A stretch of DNA of 64,000 nt, taken from assembly GCF_000150275.1 (NCBI RefSeq), contig NW_002060947.1, forward strand, positions 728,695 through 792,694, read 5' to 3'. Below are positions 26,470 to 38,712 of this stretch, piece by piece; position 1 is the stretch's first letter, and each line of letters starts with the position of its first letter. The stretch comes from Trichoplax adhaerens (Eukaryota; Animalia; Placozoa). Below the pieces are notes generated by a model. That model was not told the origin of the DNA, made no database searches, and worked only from the letters and a program-made list of their open reading frames with translations. The translations under genes were made by a program, and so were the position numbers.

Positions 26470-28594
26470 ATGTTAAGGTATCGACTGATTTTTCCAATTT
26501 TTTACTTTTGACGTTCATTATCTATTGATGTATTAAGTCATTTCCACTTTATCCTTAATAATATGCTAGGAAAATCGAATTTCATGCTTTAGCAAAAAAT
26601 GCCAACGATTGTAATGGCGCCTACACAACATTTCCAAGTTCTGATGATATGAAAATCATATCAATCCTATATGCCTTATTTGCTACTTTAGCGTTGCTAC
26701 TTAATGGTATATTCATTGGTTATGTCATTCAAGCACGTAAAAAGTGGGGGAGTCACGACATACTAATTTTAAATATTTCCTTCTCTGATTTATTATGCAT
26801 TCTATCATAGTGAGTGGATATTAATATACAATTATTCGGACCCTATTTATATTTCAATGCAATATTTCTTACCAATATAGATAATGATGTCCAAAACATC
26901 ACAGCTAAATAGTTGTAATTAAAAGTAAATATAAATGGAATTATGGTCTTTTAACCTGAATCAAGCGTAATCCTGTAACATAGATCTTTACTGATTAGTA
27001 TATCGTATCATAGCATATACAATGCTTTAATTTAAACCACAAGTATTCGTACACTAAATGATCTAAAATTTTTTCTTCGTAATTAGATAGATGTTTACTC
27101 GAAATATAATCTTACTACTAATACTTTCTTAAAGTGACCACGTCGTATTAAAATTTCTATCAGTCGTACATTTTAATTTTTCTATATAGCGATAAAATTA
27201 TTTAGATGTGTGATCACTTTTATTTATCCGATACAATTATCTACAGAATTACTTGAAAGGGTAATCGTTTAATAATCGATGCTTAACTCTCTTAATAAAA
27301 TAATCTATGTACGTTTCAGTAGAATTCGCGGATCATTATTTGAGATTTAAGAATAATTTTATTAGTTACAGTTAGCTATAAAATTGCTTCTGCATCAGTA
27401 GCTCTTCGTTCTAATCAAAGTTTAGAACGAAGAAATTAAACTTTACGAACCTTCTTTCGGACCAGTCTTTCTCGACTTCTACCTAAAATACGACACTTAA
27501 TACTGCCTATTCGGCGATCTAAAATATAAGATTGGCAAACTTTCTGTCATCAGTAGCTTATTGTAAAGTATCCGTTTCGCTAACGAAATTGAATGCAAAT
27601 TTTATTGAAAATTTGTCAATTTTCTGTAGCACTGCTACTTTGTAAACATCTTTTATCTATATTATACTCAAACAATATTATAAAAATATGTATTTTATCA
27701 ATACCGTTACATCTGTAGTTAAGCTATCTTATGAAAATAATGTTACGACTGCTCTGTTAATATTGCTCTCTGACACCTATATTTTTTTCATTAATATTTT
27801 ATAGCGGAGGAATATTTATTCCCATATCTATCGGGGGCCAACCTAGGCAACAACCCATATTCCCGAAAGATACCTTTAGCTGCCGTTTAGGTATAACAAT
27901 ATGTGGCTTTTCATTCTACCTCAATATTAGCCTATTGTCCTTATCAGCTTTAGCTAGTTATTGGAAAATTGTAAAGGGCAGAAAAAGCTTAAGCTGTTAC
28001 AACTCATGGTATTTGGTTTTGTCAGTTTATGCTGTATGCGTTGTGCTAATTTTACCTTCATCAACTGGATTTTGGGCTAAAATTACCTATTATAAAACGA
28101 TAGGCATCTGCTTATTTGATTTCAGCTCAATAACAACATCTTTAGACCAAAAATTATATCTATTTTTGATTATGTATCCTCTCTTTATTTTCTGTTCGTG
28201 TGTTATTACTTTCTGCTATTACCGCATCTATCGCGTTGTACGAAAAAGTTCAATCACTCTAGCACAGCACAACTCTAGCGGATATCACTATCACTCCTAT
28301 CATCTTCGCTTCAACCATCCAATTAATATTGAAGAAAGAGTAGTAAAATCTACTAAGTTAAAATCATTTCGACGTCATGATATCGTCTTAGCAAAAACCT
28401 TGTTACTTGTACTCATACTATTCATGATTTCTTACATCCCATACGCTATTTCGAATATTTTATATTTTGCTAATGTTGTTCAACTAACTTTAACAAACGA
28501 TCTATACATGCTATTAATTACTTGTATAAATAGCGTTTGCAATCCTGTAATATTCTACAGCAGGCGGCGTCATCGTAAAATTCGGCCATCATAA
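26470..28594 (+). CDS. Class A orphan GPCR paralogue 3; exons (26470-26477 tentative), 26570-26809, 27805-28594; alternative start ATG 26649
   Basis: The first large exon is absent from the ORF track: ...YTTFPSSDDMKIISILYALFATLALLLNGIFIGYVIQARKKWGSHDILILNISFSDLLCILS, donor TA|GTGAGT. Acceptor TTATAG|C gives GGIFIPISIGGQPRQQPIFPKDTFSCRL, in frame with ORF 27935..28594 (SYIPY, NSVCNP). Confidence 0.8.
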
Positions 28595-30047
28595 ATATAC
28601 AGGTATAGGACTGCTGGAATTGCTATAATTTTCTTCCATTATAATCTACGGTAGAAGATCTAATCAAGGATTTTAATTAATATTGCTAATAGAAAAATTC
28701 TCAAATAATCAAAGCTATCAAACAAATTTCATAAAATTTCAAATATTTATTTGATTGGTATCGAGGCATTTTTAGCATTAGTTAAAATGTGAATAAAAAT
28801 TAGATACTTCCTATTAAATTATAGTCGTTTGAGTAGTGACAGTCTTACTTACAACATTTTTACGTCATTGTATCTGGAGCTTCCGCATGCTTTGAACTAA
28901 ATTTTATTCTTTAAATTTATATTGATAGAATAGCTAAATTTATTGTTATTAAATTAAATCAAATTTGCCTCTTTGTAATAATAAGTTCTTTATTTCTCAT
29001 TATATATGCATACTCTTTTACTCTTAACATTATTACGGTCATCTTTAGATTTCATATTTCTAATAATTGTAGCCCATTTTGCTTCGATTTTCTTATCACA
29101 AATTTTCTAATTATAAATTAAGAGAATTTTATGGATTAAAATTCTATTTGTTGCGAATAAATGATAGGCTATAGCCAATAAATAGAAATAAAGAGTTTAG
29201 CGAGTAATGGCTATGTTGTTAAATATCTCAAGTGTAATGACATTTGAAACAGGAGAATATGCTAATCTCGTAATAAAACATTATCGTGACATAAATCATG
29301 AAATCGGCAATGTTGATCCAATTAAAAGCCAGTAATTTCATATAGCTTCACGTCGGTATTCACGCAGCTATCACAGCCGATGAGCCAATTTCGAGCTTTG
29401 GGTGTGAAATAAACAAATATTAAGATTTACTGAAGATATATTAAATTAAAGTGCAAAAAATAAGTTACTAATCACGTAATGTATTTGTAATCTGTGCTGC
29501 TCCGATACCTAAGATTTGATAGGTTTCGGTAACAAAGAAACTGCTATGAAATCAATAATTGTTACTAATTTTAGTTTTTCTATAGAATATTATTCTATAC
29601 AGCAAATCTGTCCTAGTTTATAAAGAGGGATAGTCACTGAATTCTTAATCCGTCCAATATTCAAATCTATTCTGTTATCTCAAATTTCGTTTAAAAAATT
29701 TTGATCAAATCAGTTCAATTTAACTGATATTTGCGCTCATAACTCTAGCATACTGTAACTTTCATACTATAATTTGATGTCAGATTATTTTGGTATTTGA
29801 GTAAAACTATCGAATTGCCGTACGTATTGCGATTGCTAGAGTTTAATTCAAATTTAATTTTTAAATCTACAAATCCTATACATATTGTGTTGTAGTGCAG
29901 CCCTAAATAAGCTTAATTAACCTTAAAACTAAGATCATAAGATAATACAAAAATAGAAAAATTGTACAATAGATTACCTACGGTAGTTACTATTTTGTAA
30001 CAGTAAATTATACTATGCTGTAATAAGAGTTCTTATATGGTGACTAA

Positions 30048-30853
30048 TCCAGCCCGACCACCCACCCTTATACGAGCAGCGTGGGGGTATTTATGCTACT
30101 GTTAAATGACTGTGATTATGGGTTCATTTCAATAGGTCAGTATAAGATTCTTACAGTACTTTTTAACTCAAGATTTCTTCTTGTAAAACGAATAGCTCTA
30201 AGGTAGTCATTTCTGCAGAGTACTGATTATTAAAAAAGTATTCGTTATATCGGTAAGGGTGGCCACTGGGCCTTTAAATTTTGGTATGATGTAATATTCT
30301 GATGAAAATTGAATCAACATAGAATCTTTATAAAGTTTTCTACACAGCCATTTTGATGATTACATTTTCTTATAATGGTTGCTATCAACAGAGCAAGCTT
30401 TGCTTGCATACTCAAGCGATCCTTAGACATATTATAATGATTGGTATAGAATTGACCACAGTACTAAGGACATTGTACCGCACTGTCGATATCTTACAGT
30501 ACCCGCTAATCTTAACTTGGTATGTCCATCACCGTATATTAGTTATCATAATGTGTTTTGGACCATGAACTAATCTTAATATAGCATTTCATCTGTGAAT
30601 GCATTATTGAAAAGTAGTACAGTATTATAGAAGTATAGCTATGAATATAGTAGTGCCTGGCTATTACCGGGATATATACAGTATAAAGTCGAATGGTAAT
30701 ACTATCTGTTAATTATTAACAAATAAGTACATTATCGTAAACCTGGCTATTACCGGGATATATGTAATGTCGAATGGTAATACTATCTGCTAATTATTAA
30801 CAAATAAGTACATTATCGTAAACCGTCAGCAAAGCGACGTGAGTTTGTACTAG
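30048..30853 (+). mobile_element. Non-autonomous Helitron (806 bp)
   Basis: Inserted between A and T with no TSD (GGTGACTAA|TC...CTAG|TGTTAA versus the empty site GGTGACTGATGTTAA in the 38194 copy); 5' TC, subterminal hairpin CGTCAGCAAAGCGACG, 3' CTAG; second end copy at 4268. Confidence 0.85.
30656..30822. repeat. Subterminal tandem repeat (2 x ~80-86 bp) inside the Helitron
   Basis: CCTGGCTATTACCGGGATATAT...GTACATTATCGTAAA repeated at 30656 and 30742. Confidence 0.9.
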
Positions 30854-31269
30854 TGTTAATTGATTATTGTGTTATGGCTTGAAAGACTTGTGATAAATAT
30901 CCTGAAGATATTCAATTATAGATGATATTATAAGTAATTCTGTGTATGGGAATACTGTAATCTAATCATCTAGAATCGTTCAGTACATGTCTAAGATTAT
31001 AAATAATTTTCTGTATTAATTTAGCTATCCAATATAAACTAAATTTCATGAACTGTTATGACTCATACATGATAGCAGCTGCCGAAGGGTATTTAAGCGC
31101 GGCCGGCTCGGCAGACGGTTGAATAAAAGAGGTGTTCTAATAGTTGTTTAACGTATAAGCAAAGGCTTCTAAATTCTTGTAAGGTAGTTAAGGGATACTG
31201 AATCCCGGAGAATATAGTAAGTTAGAGATTTATTTTAAGCTATCTTTGTCACGAAGCTGGTTTGTGACA

Positions 31270-31405
31270 ATAGTCTAAAGATAGTCCTTAGTTAGTCTGA
31301 TTACAGTCAGATAGTAATTGATAGTTGTAAGATGAACCTAATCTTATATAGTAAAGTGAAGTTTACTAGAAACTATAATTCTTGTTGAATTTTTTAGAAG
31401 ACATT
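31270..31405 (+). repeat. Fragment of the repeat family seen at 7021-7262
   Basis: TAGTTGTAAG..AATCTTA..AAGTTTACTAGAAACT..TTCTT shared with 7142-7250. Confidence 0.55.
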
Positions 31406-33053
31406 TACCACTTACGTTAAATCCAAGATTTTATAATTTTATAAGTATCAGGACTAGCTAAAGCACAAAAGATAAATTCTGTACTAATCTTAAAGTAAAT
31501 TGTATTATCTGTGATCTTCGTCACTAAGGTTTAGAATCTTATAACTTTGCAATAGTATACGAGATCAATGAAATAATTTTTTACTAAATTTACATGCATC
31601 GTTCTTGAGAGAGTTTACTTTAATATCTTACAAATGGACAAGCAAGCCCTAGTATGCCCAGATGTGTTTCAAAAAAGCTTCATAATATACTCTGCTATTC
31701 TATAAATTTATAATATGAGACATATCTACATTTTCTAAACACCGATAATTATAATATTAGAAAAGTCATGAAAATGTAAATGAAATATAAGTTGAGAAGA
31801 TGCAAATAAAATTAAGAATACATTTTGTCACAATAGTAAGGTAGTTCTTTTCATAATCGCTTTAGAAATGATCGTTTAAAGACTTTGTGTACTATCACTG
31901 AAATTCTCTAACAATGCATATCTAAATTTCTGTCACTGAATTGGGGATAGGCTTTATTTCTAAGATTTTAAGATTATAGATTGATTAGGTAATAAAGCAT
32001 CTAGGAAAATTTCTTGTTAAGTAAGATGATATTTACTAGATAAATGTATTTAATTCAAGAAAACAGGCTAAACTGAAGCTGATTGAAGTGAAAGTTTGTA
32101 AGTTAAAATCCGATTTGCATTTCTTTTACTATATTCGCAGTGTATATGTCTATGACTTCGAGATACGTACGATACATTATATTCTTACTAAAAAGTTAAT
32201 GTCTACTACGCGATTGTAAAACTTCGTATTTATCTATTGATCTACTCGTATATTTAATATTTACATGGTAAAATTCTATTTATGATCTAATTAGATTATA
32301 TCATAGAAGCATCATTACTAATTTGTATTTATATACTTTCCTCCGGTCGTGCTTTCACATTATAACAGCTATCTTCATTCATCCATGTTGCCACTTACTT
32401 TTGCCAATTAAATAGTAAGCTTGACGCATTACCTATTCTACTTTACCGTAACTATTCACAGTTATAAACGCTAAAACCTTCGATGGATTTCGTCCATTTA
32501 CTAACTACATTAGCGAATACTTTAACTAGCTAATTTCTCTGGTGATTTCTAGCAATTATGATGAGCATAGAATCTCCCAAAATATCACAATATTACTTTA
32601 GGATATAATCTAAACCCAGCCTGCTATTAAGTTACCTAGTTGGTGTAGAACTTTTCCTGTAATCTCCTATTTATTTCCAATCTCAACGTCTTATATACTG
32701 TACTATTCCAGGTATTGTTATCATTTGCAACGCACTATACAATATATTCCCTAGTGCAATCAGTAAAGATCTAAAACTAATACACTGGTATAGAGCTACA
32801 AGATAGACTTACACAACTACATATTTACGTAGAATACTTTCCACGTATGAACTTTAACCGTCTTACATATTACAAAATAATGTATCATTTACTGTAAACT
32901 AATTAAAACGCACTATCGTACTTTTGATATTCTATTAAAAATACTATTACAATATTTAATTTACAGATCGTTGCAAGCCCTATGTATTTTTGCTTAGTTA
33001 CACTACTACCAATTGTGCTGTAAATACATTGAAATGAAAGATTTTTAGAGGAA

Positions 33054-34083
33054 TGTCACAAACCAGCTACGTGACAAAGATAAACGTAAAATAAATCTCT
33101 TAATTACTATAGTCTCCGGGATTCAATATCCCTTAACTACCTCACAAGGATCTAGACGTCTTTGATTCTACGTTAAACTCAATTAGACAATTGAGAACTG
33201 CTTTATTCAACTATCTGACGGGCTTATATACCCTTTGTTACAAATCTTCTTTGTAACAAGAAACCAGGTCTTAAACACTATCTTCTCTAGTACTTGTGTT
33301 CCCAACTAACTTAGGGACCTATCGTAGTTGAACTAACTCTCAGCTACACAAAAAAACTACTATTGAGTAATAGGTTTAAATACTTTACTTTAATTTCGTT
33401 AACCTTAGTCGTAAAATGTACTAAAGAAAAACGTAAGAATATTCTTAGCAATAATAGTCAAAAGATCCTGCAAATGACTAACTGGAACTGAGAAGCTAAG
33501 CTAGTGCTCTGCTTTTTATAGTCTCGCCGATGGTACACTTGTGAATATTCTTGAAATAGCGGCTTACACTGTACAGTATACATATCCTAGTATAGCAACT
33601 AGAGCCTCAATGCTCTGCAAAGTAATTGATCTTACACTTAAGGTGTTATTAATTAACGTTTACAGACTAAGCGCGTTAGCTCCGACATGTCAACAATATT
33701 GAACAAGTACTTATAAATAAACATTAATATCTAATAAGCTACTGGAGCAAACAATAGTTTAAATGAGATATTTTAATTAATATAACATTTATTATTTCGG
33801 AGCATGGCTCCGTAACACCCTTCTACAGCAGCTAACATTCACGAGTCATCTTATATAAATACTTAGGTGAGAACATCTACTAACTAATTTTTCATAGTCG
33901 GGCTACAATATGTCCCTTCACAGAATCATTTCAGTGCACATTACAGCACAGCGTTAAATTTACTGTAACACATTTATAATTAGAGTAATCCCTACTGTAA
34001 GTAACTAGTTGTAATATATTATCACTATATTATATTAACCAAATTTAGATAGCTATTTCTTCACGGTAGTTCGTACCGTGACA
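33054..34083 (-). mobile_element. Solo LTR (same family as 23701), TSD AGGAA, carrying a nested LTR
   Basis: AGGAA|TGTCACAAACC ... CCGTGACA|AGGAA; colinear with 23701-24133 once 33236-33822 is removed. Confidence 0.9.
33236..33817 (-). mobile_element. Nested solo LTR (582 bp), TGTTAC...GTAACA, TSD CCCTT
   Basis: CCCTT|TGTTACAAA ... CCGTAACA|CCCTT; empty site visible in the 23701 copy; minus-strand TATAAAAAG near 33515. Confidence 0.88.
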
Positions 34084-37000
34084 AGGAATTATCCATATAC
34101 TTATATAAACTTATAAATTTTTTCTTCATTAATTGCAATCAAATACGAAAAAATAATGCCTAATGGAGATATCTTTATCTAAATGTAGGGCACATTATCA
34201 AATACAATCTTATAAATAATAACAGCCTGCCACAAATACCTTTCATTTCATATATATTAGTCAAGCTATCACTTTGCATCAATCATTTCTAAATCAGAAC
34301 AGATGTAAATATGCAGCTCTAAAGTACTTGCGAGTTTCAGTAAAGGCTTATCATAGACTAAAGATAACTTAAAAGGTTCGGAAAATTTACTGCATTACGG
34401 TACTTGTTAATAAATACCTATAATCTTGATAAAGAAGGAAAGTCTAGAAATCTCAATGAGTCACATATTACCAATACAAGACTAATTAATTGAATAAAAA
34501 TTATGTAGTAGCAAGATAACCAGCTACTCATCTCGAAGCAAGTTAGAGTTAGAGCTTTACAGATAAAATTAATTTATATTTATCAGCTCACCACCTGCAA
34601 GGCTATACAGAATCACAAAGTAAAGATAAGAAATGAATTTGGCTGGTATTTTAACTCTTATGAATTGTTTTCTATCAGATTTATCTCGCTAAAATTTCAA
34701 TATAATCCTTGCTAAGTGTTTAAGCAAGTTATGGTTAAGCTATGCAACATTAGGACAATGTTTCGTTATGAACTGAACAGTAATCGATATAAATGAAAGA
34801 ATGCAATGTGTTCCGATAGGCAGGAATATCTGATACAAATTTATTGCAGTAGATCTAGAAATCACTTTTACATGAGTGTCGTATCTTGGTTCTTAAGTGG
34901 AACACACATTGGTAAAGATATAACTAAGTCAGCTACCAAATCTAAATTGATATTTATTAAGTATCCAAAGCTAATATGAGTAATCACTAAAATAAGAATT
35001 TCGCTATGGTAATTTCAAACTACTATCAGTCCTAGTAATATTAAAAGTATCAGACATACCCTATAGTCCTGTTTTCTAATACCTTAAATCTTTTATATTT
35101 TTTGATGCATTAGAGATTTACTAGGGTAACTCTGGCTCATTGTTAATAGGTGTATATGGCAAAGTGAAGTAACAGTTTTATGTAGTTCTAAGATTCTTTA
35201 TCAAACAAAAATACTTGATGATAATCCAGAAAAGTTTACAAGTTTGACTGCTGCGGCTGGAAAGGAGCCCATTACATTCAATACTTAATTTGTGATAAAT
35301 TGCTACATCGCACGTGCAATAAAAACAGTTGTGATCTGTTTTCAAAGCGCTAGCGTCGGTAAATGAAATCATCATCACCGATGCTTCGTTACTTTTACGT
35401 ATTCATGCACAAATTTGCTAGTCATTAAACTGCATTAAAAACACAGACATATTCAATTCCAAAAGTTCAGTCTTCATGGATGTCACGCTTTGCATAGCTT
35501 ATTTTAAAAATAAGATAAAATTATCTGATTAACTCATATTAAGCTCTAGCTAATAAATAAATTTAATATTAAAAAAAGACAATCTATAAAATATGAAAAA
35601 CCGAATAAAAATATTAAATATTTAATATTATGTAATGAAAGCTAAACCAAAATTCTGATTTACGTGTCTTAAAACTGTTAAATAAGAAATAAGTTATTTA
35701 ATTCCAAAATTTAACATGCGTATTATAGTCGCAAGAACTTAATCGTATTACCGTAAAAGTACAAATACCGTCCATTAACCCTAGTAACAATAATCGTAAT
35801 TCGTTAATTACTAATAGTGGTCTGTAATGATGTCGATTTTTATAAACAGGCTGTCTCATTAAAATATCGGACGTGATGCATATGAATAGCTGTATCATCA
35901 GTACGACTTCCTTTTTATTAACAGATTTCTAGGAATGTTCATGAGGGCGATATTAGAATTATTAGTCATAGGCCTATTAAATATGGTGTAATAAAGTAGG
36001 TGAGAAGTTTCTATGATTTACTAGAAATTAGCGATTAAATCATATTATCTTAACGTATTATCTTAAGATGAATAATTGAGGTTTAAATTATTGCAAACTA
36101 TTGCAGTATAATGATGTAATCCGAATTATCTAAGTGAATTAATTTTATGTTAAAATGCCTTCTTTCCACATTTGAATTGATAATTATTGATACTGATAAT
36201 AAGAATTAAAGCAAGACTACCTTAAATACTGAATTTTCAGTATAAAGTAATAAAATCTACGATCGTTACACCTCGCGTTCTGCGTAAAGGTAAATATACC
36301 TTTTCCTTTCCATTATAATTATTATTAACGTAAGTTTGATAATGAACTATTAACTCTTTATGCTATACGAACCAAATGAAAATAGGTATTATGCGAGTAT
36401 TAATATTAGTTTGATTAAGCCTATTCAAACAAAATAATAAAATGCAGAATCTTGCAAACTTCAATTTATTACTTAAAATTGGCTTGATCTTAAAACTATT
36501 GATAGACAGTTACGCAATCTCATATTCTAACGTGTAAGTTAAATTATTCTCGTACATTCATATGATCTTAATTGTAGCCATATTTGAGGCTAAACCGCAA
36601 ATAGCTAGGCTTAACAACCAGATTTATCAAGTCATGATCCGACTTTGTCAGTTAAAAGGTAAGATCGAATTAATTGCTTAAGTCAATAACTAAAATTAAG
36701 TCGATAGATCCTTGACGCAAATTTTACCATTATACCATTTGTTTCATATTTTTAATTGTTCAATGATAAAAGAGGATTCAGAGATTCACACAAAGATACA
36801 GTCCAGCAATAATCTTTACATAATGAATTACATAGATGAGGAATACTATAGTAATTTATGTATGGAGAGTTTAATTTTAGCCTATTGCAATCTGATCTTA
36901 AAAATGTTTTGATCATTATCAATTGAGCTTTTATTATCTAGTTTTGCTCATAGATTTAAAAACTATTCTTATAATACTACTAGCAAAGTCTCTCTGCTAT

Positions 37001-38193
37001 AATAAATAATACTTACCTGCATTTATTACCATAATCTTTGCAAATACCAAATGCTGTATTGAACTTATTACATGCCATAATTTCTCTATTTTAATAATTG
37101 TTCTGGATAATGAACTGGGTCTCAATAGACGTAAGCTGGAAACTTACTAAGTATTAAAAAAATGAAGAGATACATAACGATTAGGTATACGTAGCACCAA
37201 TACCAGAGTTTCCTTTAATAAAATTAATATGTAATTCGGTAGCGAACTGAAAAATGGAATCAAATGCTACTTTTTAGATTTTAGGTGTCATGAGTCAATC
37301 TCGTTGGAATTTCCTATATGTACGTATGTAGGTTGTAAGAGTCAATCAAGAAGGTCTTGACTATTTCTTTACTTTAATAGCTACTGGACTTTGTCACGAA
37401 TGTAATCTGTAACCGCAAGTTTAGTCACAAGTGTTTTAGAAATTCTAGTTCAATTAATTTATTCAAATCCTAAGATGAGATAATTTAATTTAATCAACCT
37501 TAAAATTAGCTTAAATTCAGCTATCACTTCAACACCTCAAGTAACTATAAGGGTAATCGGGTATTTCTTAACAATAAACTATTATTTACTGTTTGTATAT
37601 GTAGATCACGTATGAACACAAATTATAAAGTAAAAAAATAAGTGATTCAGCGATATAGTATACATAATATTTATCATATTCAAGAATACAGCTATATTCA
37701 GCCATTTATAAGTTTATTTTTTATTTTTCTTGTATTCAGATTGAAGTCTTTCACTAATTTGTCACTACAATCTGCATATGCATTATAAAAATAGATAAAC
37801 AATACGATAATGAAGGAGAAAGTCTGTTTTCTCAATTTTATGTTATTTATTCTATTAATGCATTGAAAATTTGCATGATCCATTCTTCACGAGTTGCTTC
37901 CTGGAAACATAATATTATAAAGAATTAAAAGTTGATTTAATGAGTGGTTCCAAAGTGCTAACAATTTTACAGTATATAAAACTGATGAAATGGATTTATT
38001 CTTTGCAATAAAGAGTAGGATAATTTTAATTCCACAACATCAATTCAGTTGATCATTGAAATTATGCCACTATAGAGATATTAACTGTCAAACTATTTTT
38101 GTTGAACACAATAAGTGCTATCGCCATATATCCTACTGAGCTTGAACAGAAATTTGTTTAAAATTGTAAAAGGTCGCAAATGCTCTTGTCCAT

Positions 38194-38660
38194 TGTCACA
38201 AACCAGCTTCATGACAAAGATAGCTTAAAATAAATCTCTAAATTACTATAGTCTCCGGGATTCAGTATCCCTTAACTACCTGACAAGAATTTAGAAGCCT
38301 TTGCTTCTGCATTAAACAACTATTAGAACACCTCTTTTATTCAACCGTCTGCTGAGCCGGCCGAGCTTAAATACCCTTCGGCAGCTGCTATCATGTATGA
38401 GTGATACACAGAATTATTTATAATATCATCTATAATTGAATATCTTCAGGATATTCATCACAAGTCTTTCAAGACATAACACTATAATCAGTTAACATCA
38501 GTCACCGTATAAGAACTCTTACTACAGTACAACATAATTTACTGTAACAAAACAATAACTACCGTAGTTCTTAGTGTAACTCATTATTAGCTATCTCCAT
38601 ATATAAATGTTAACCGCTGAATTTAGTCATTTACTTTTCACGGTGGTTCGTACCGTGGCA
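38194..38660 (-). mobile_element. Solo LTR (467 bp) immediately upstream of GPCR paralogue 4
   Basis: TGTCACAAACCAGC ... TTCACGGTGGTTCGTACCGTGGCA; same termini as the 23701 family; TSD imperfect (TCCAT/TGGAT). Confidence 0.82.
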
Positions 38661-38712
38661 TGGATTAATAGCTGTGTCATCACTATAGGGGGAAATAAGG
38701 ACGGTGAATTGG

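Larger units (their letters stand above)
29978..31269 (+). mobile_element. 5'-truncated solo LTR (same family as 38194, opposite orientation) interrupted by a Helitron
   Basis: 29978-30047 and 30854-31269 match the reverse complement of 38194-38568 (with a ~110-bp indel); ends TGTCACGAAGCTGGTTTGTGACA. Confidence 0.8.

Noticed and set aside
32583-32874. Possible additional solo LTR
   Set aside because: Left terminus mutated, no convincing TSD, no second copy in the window.
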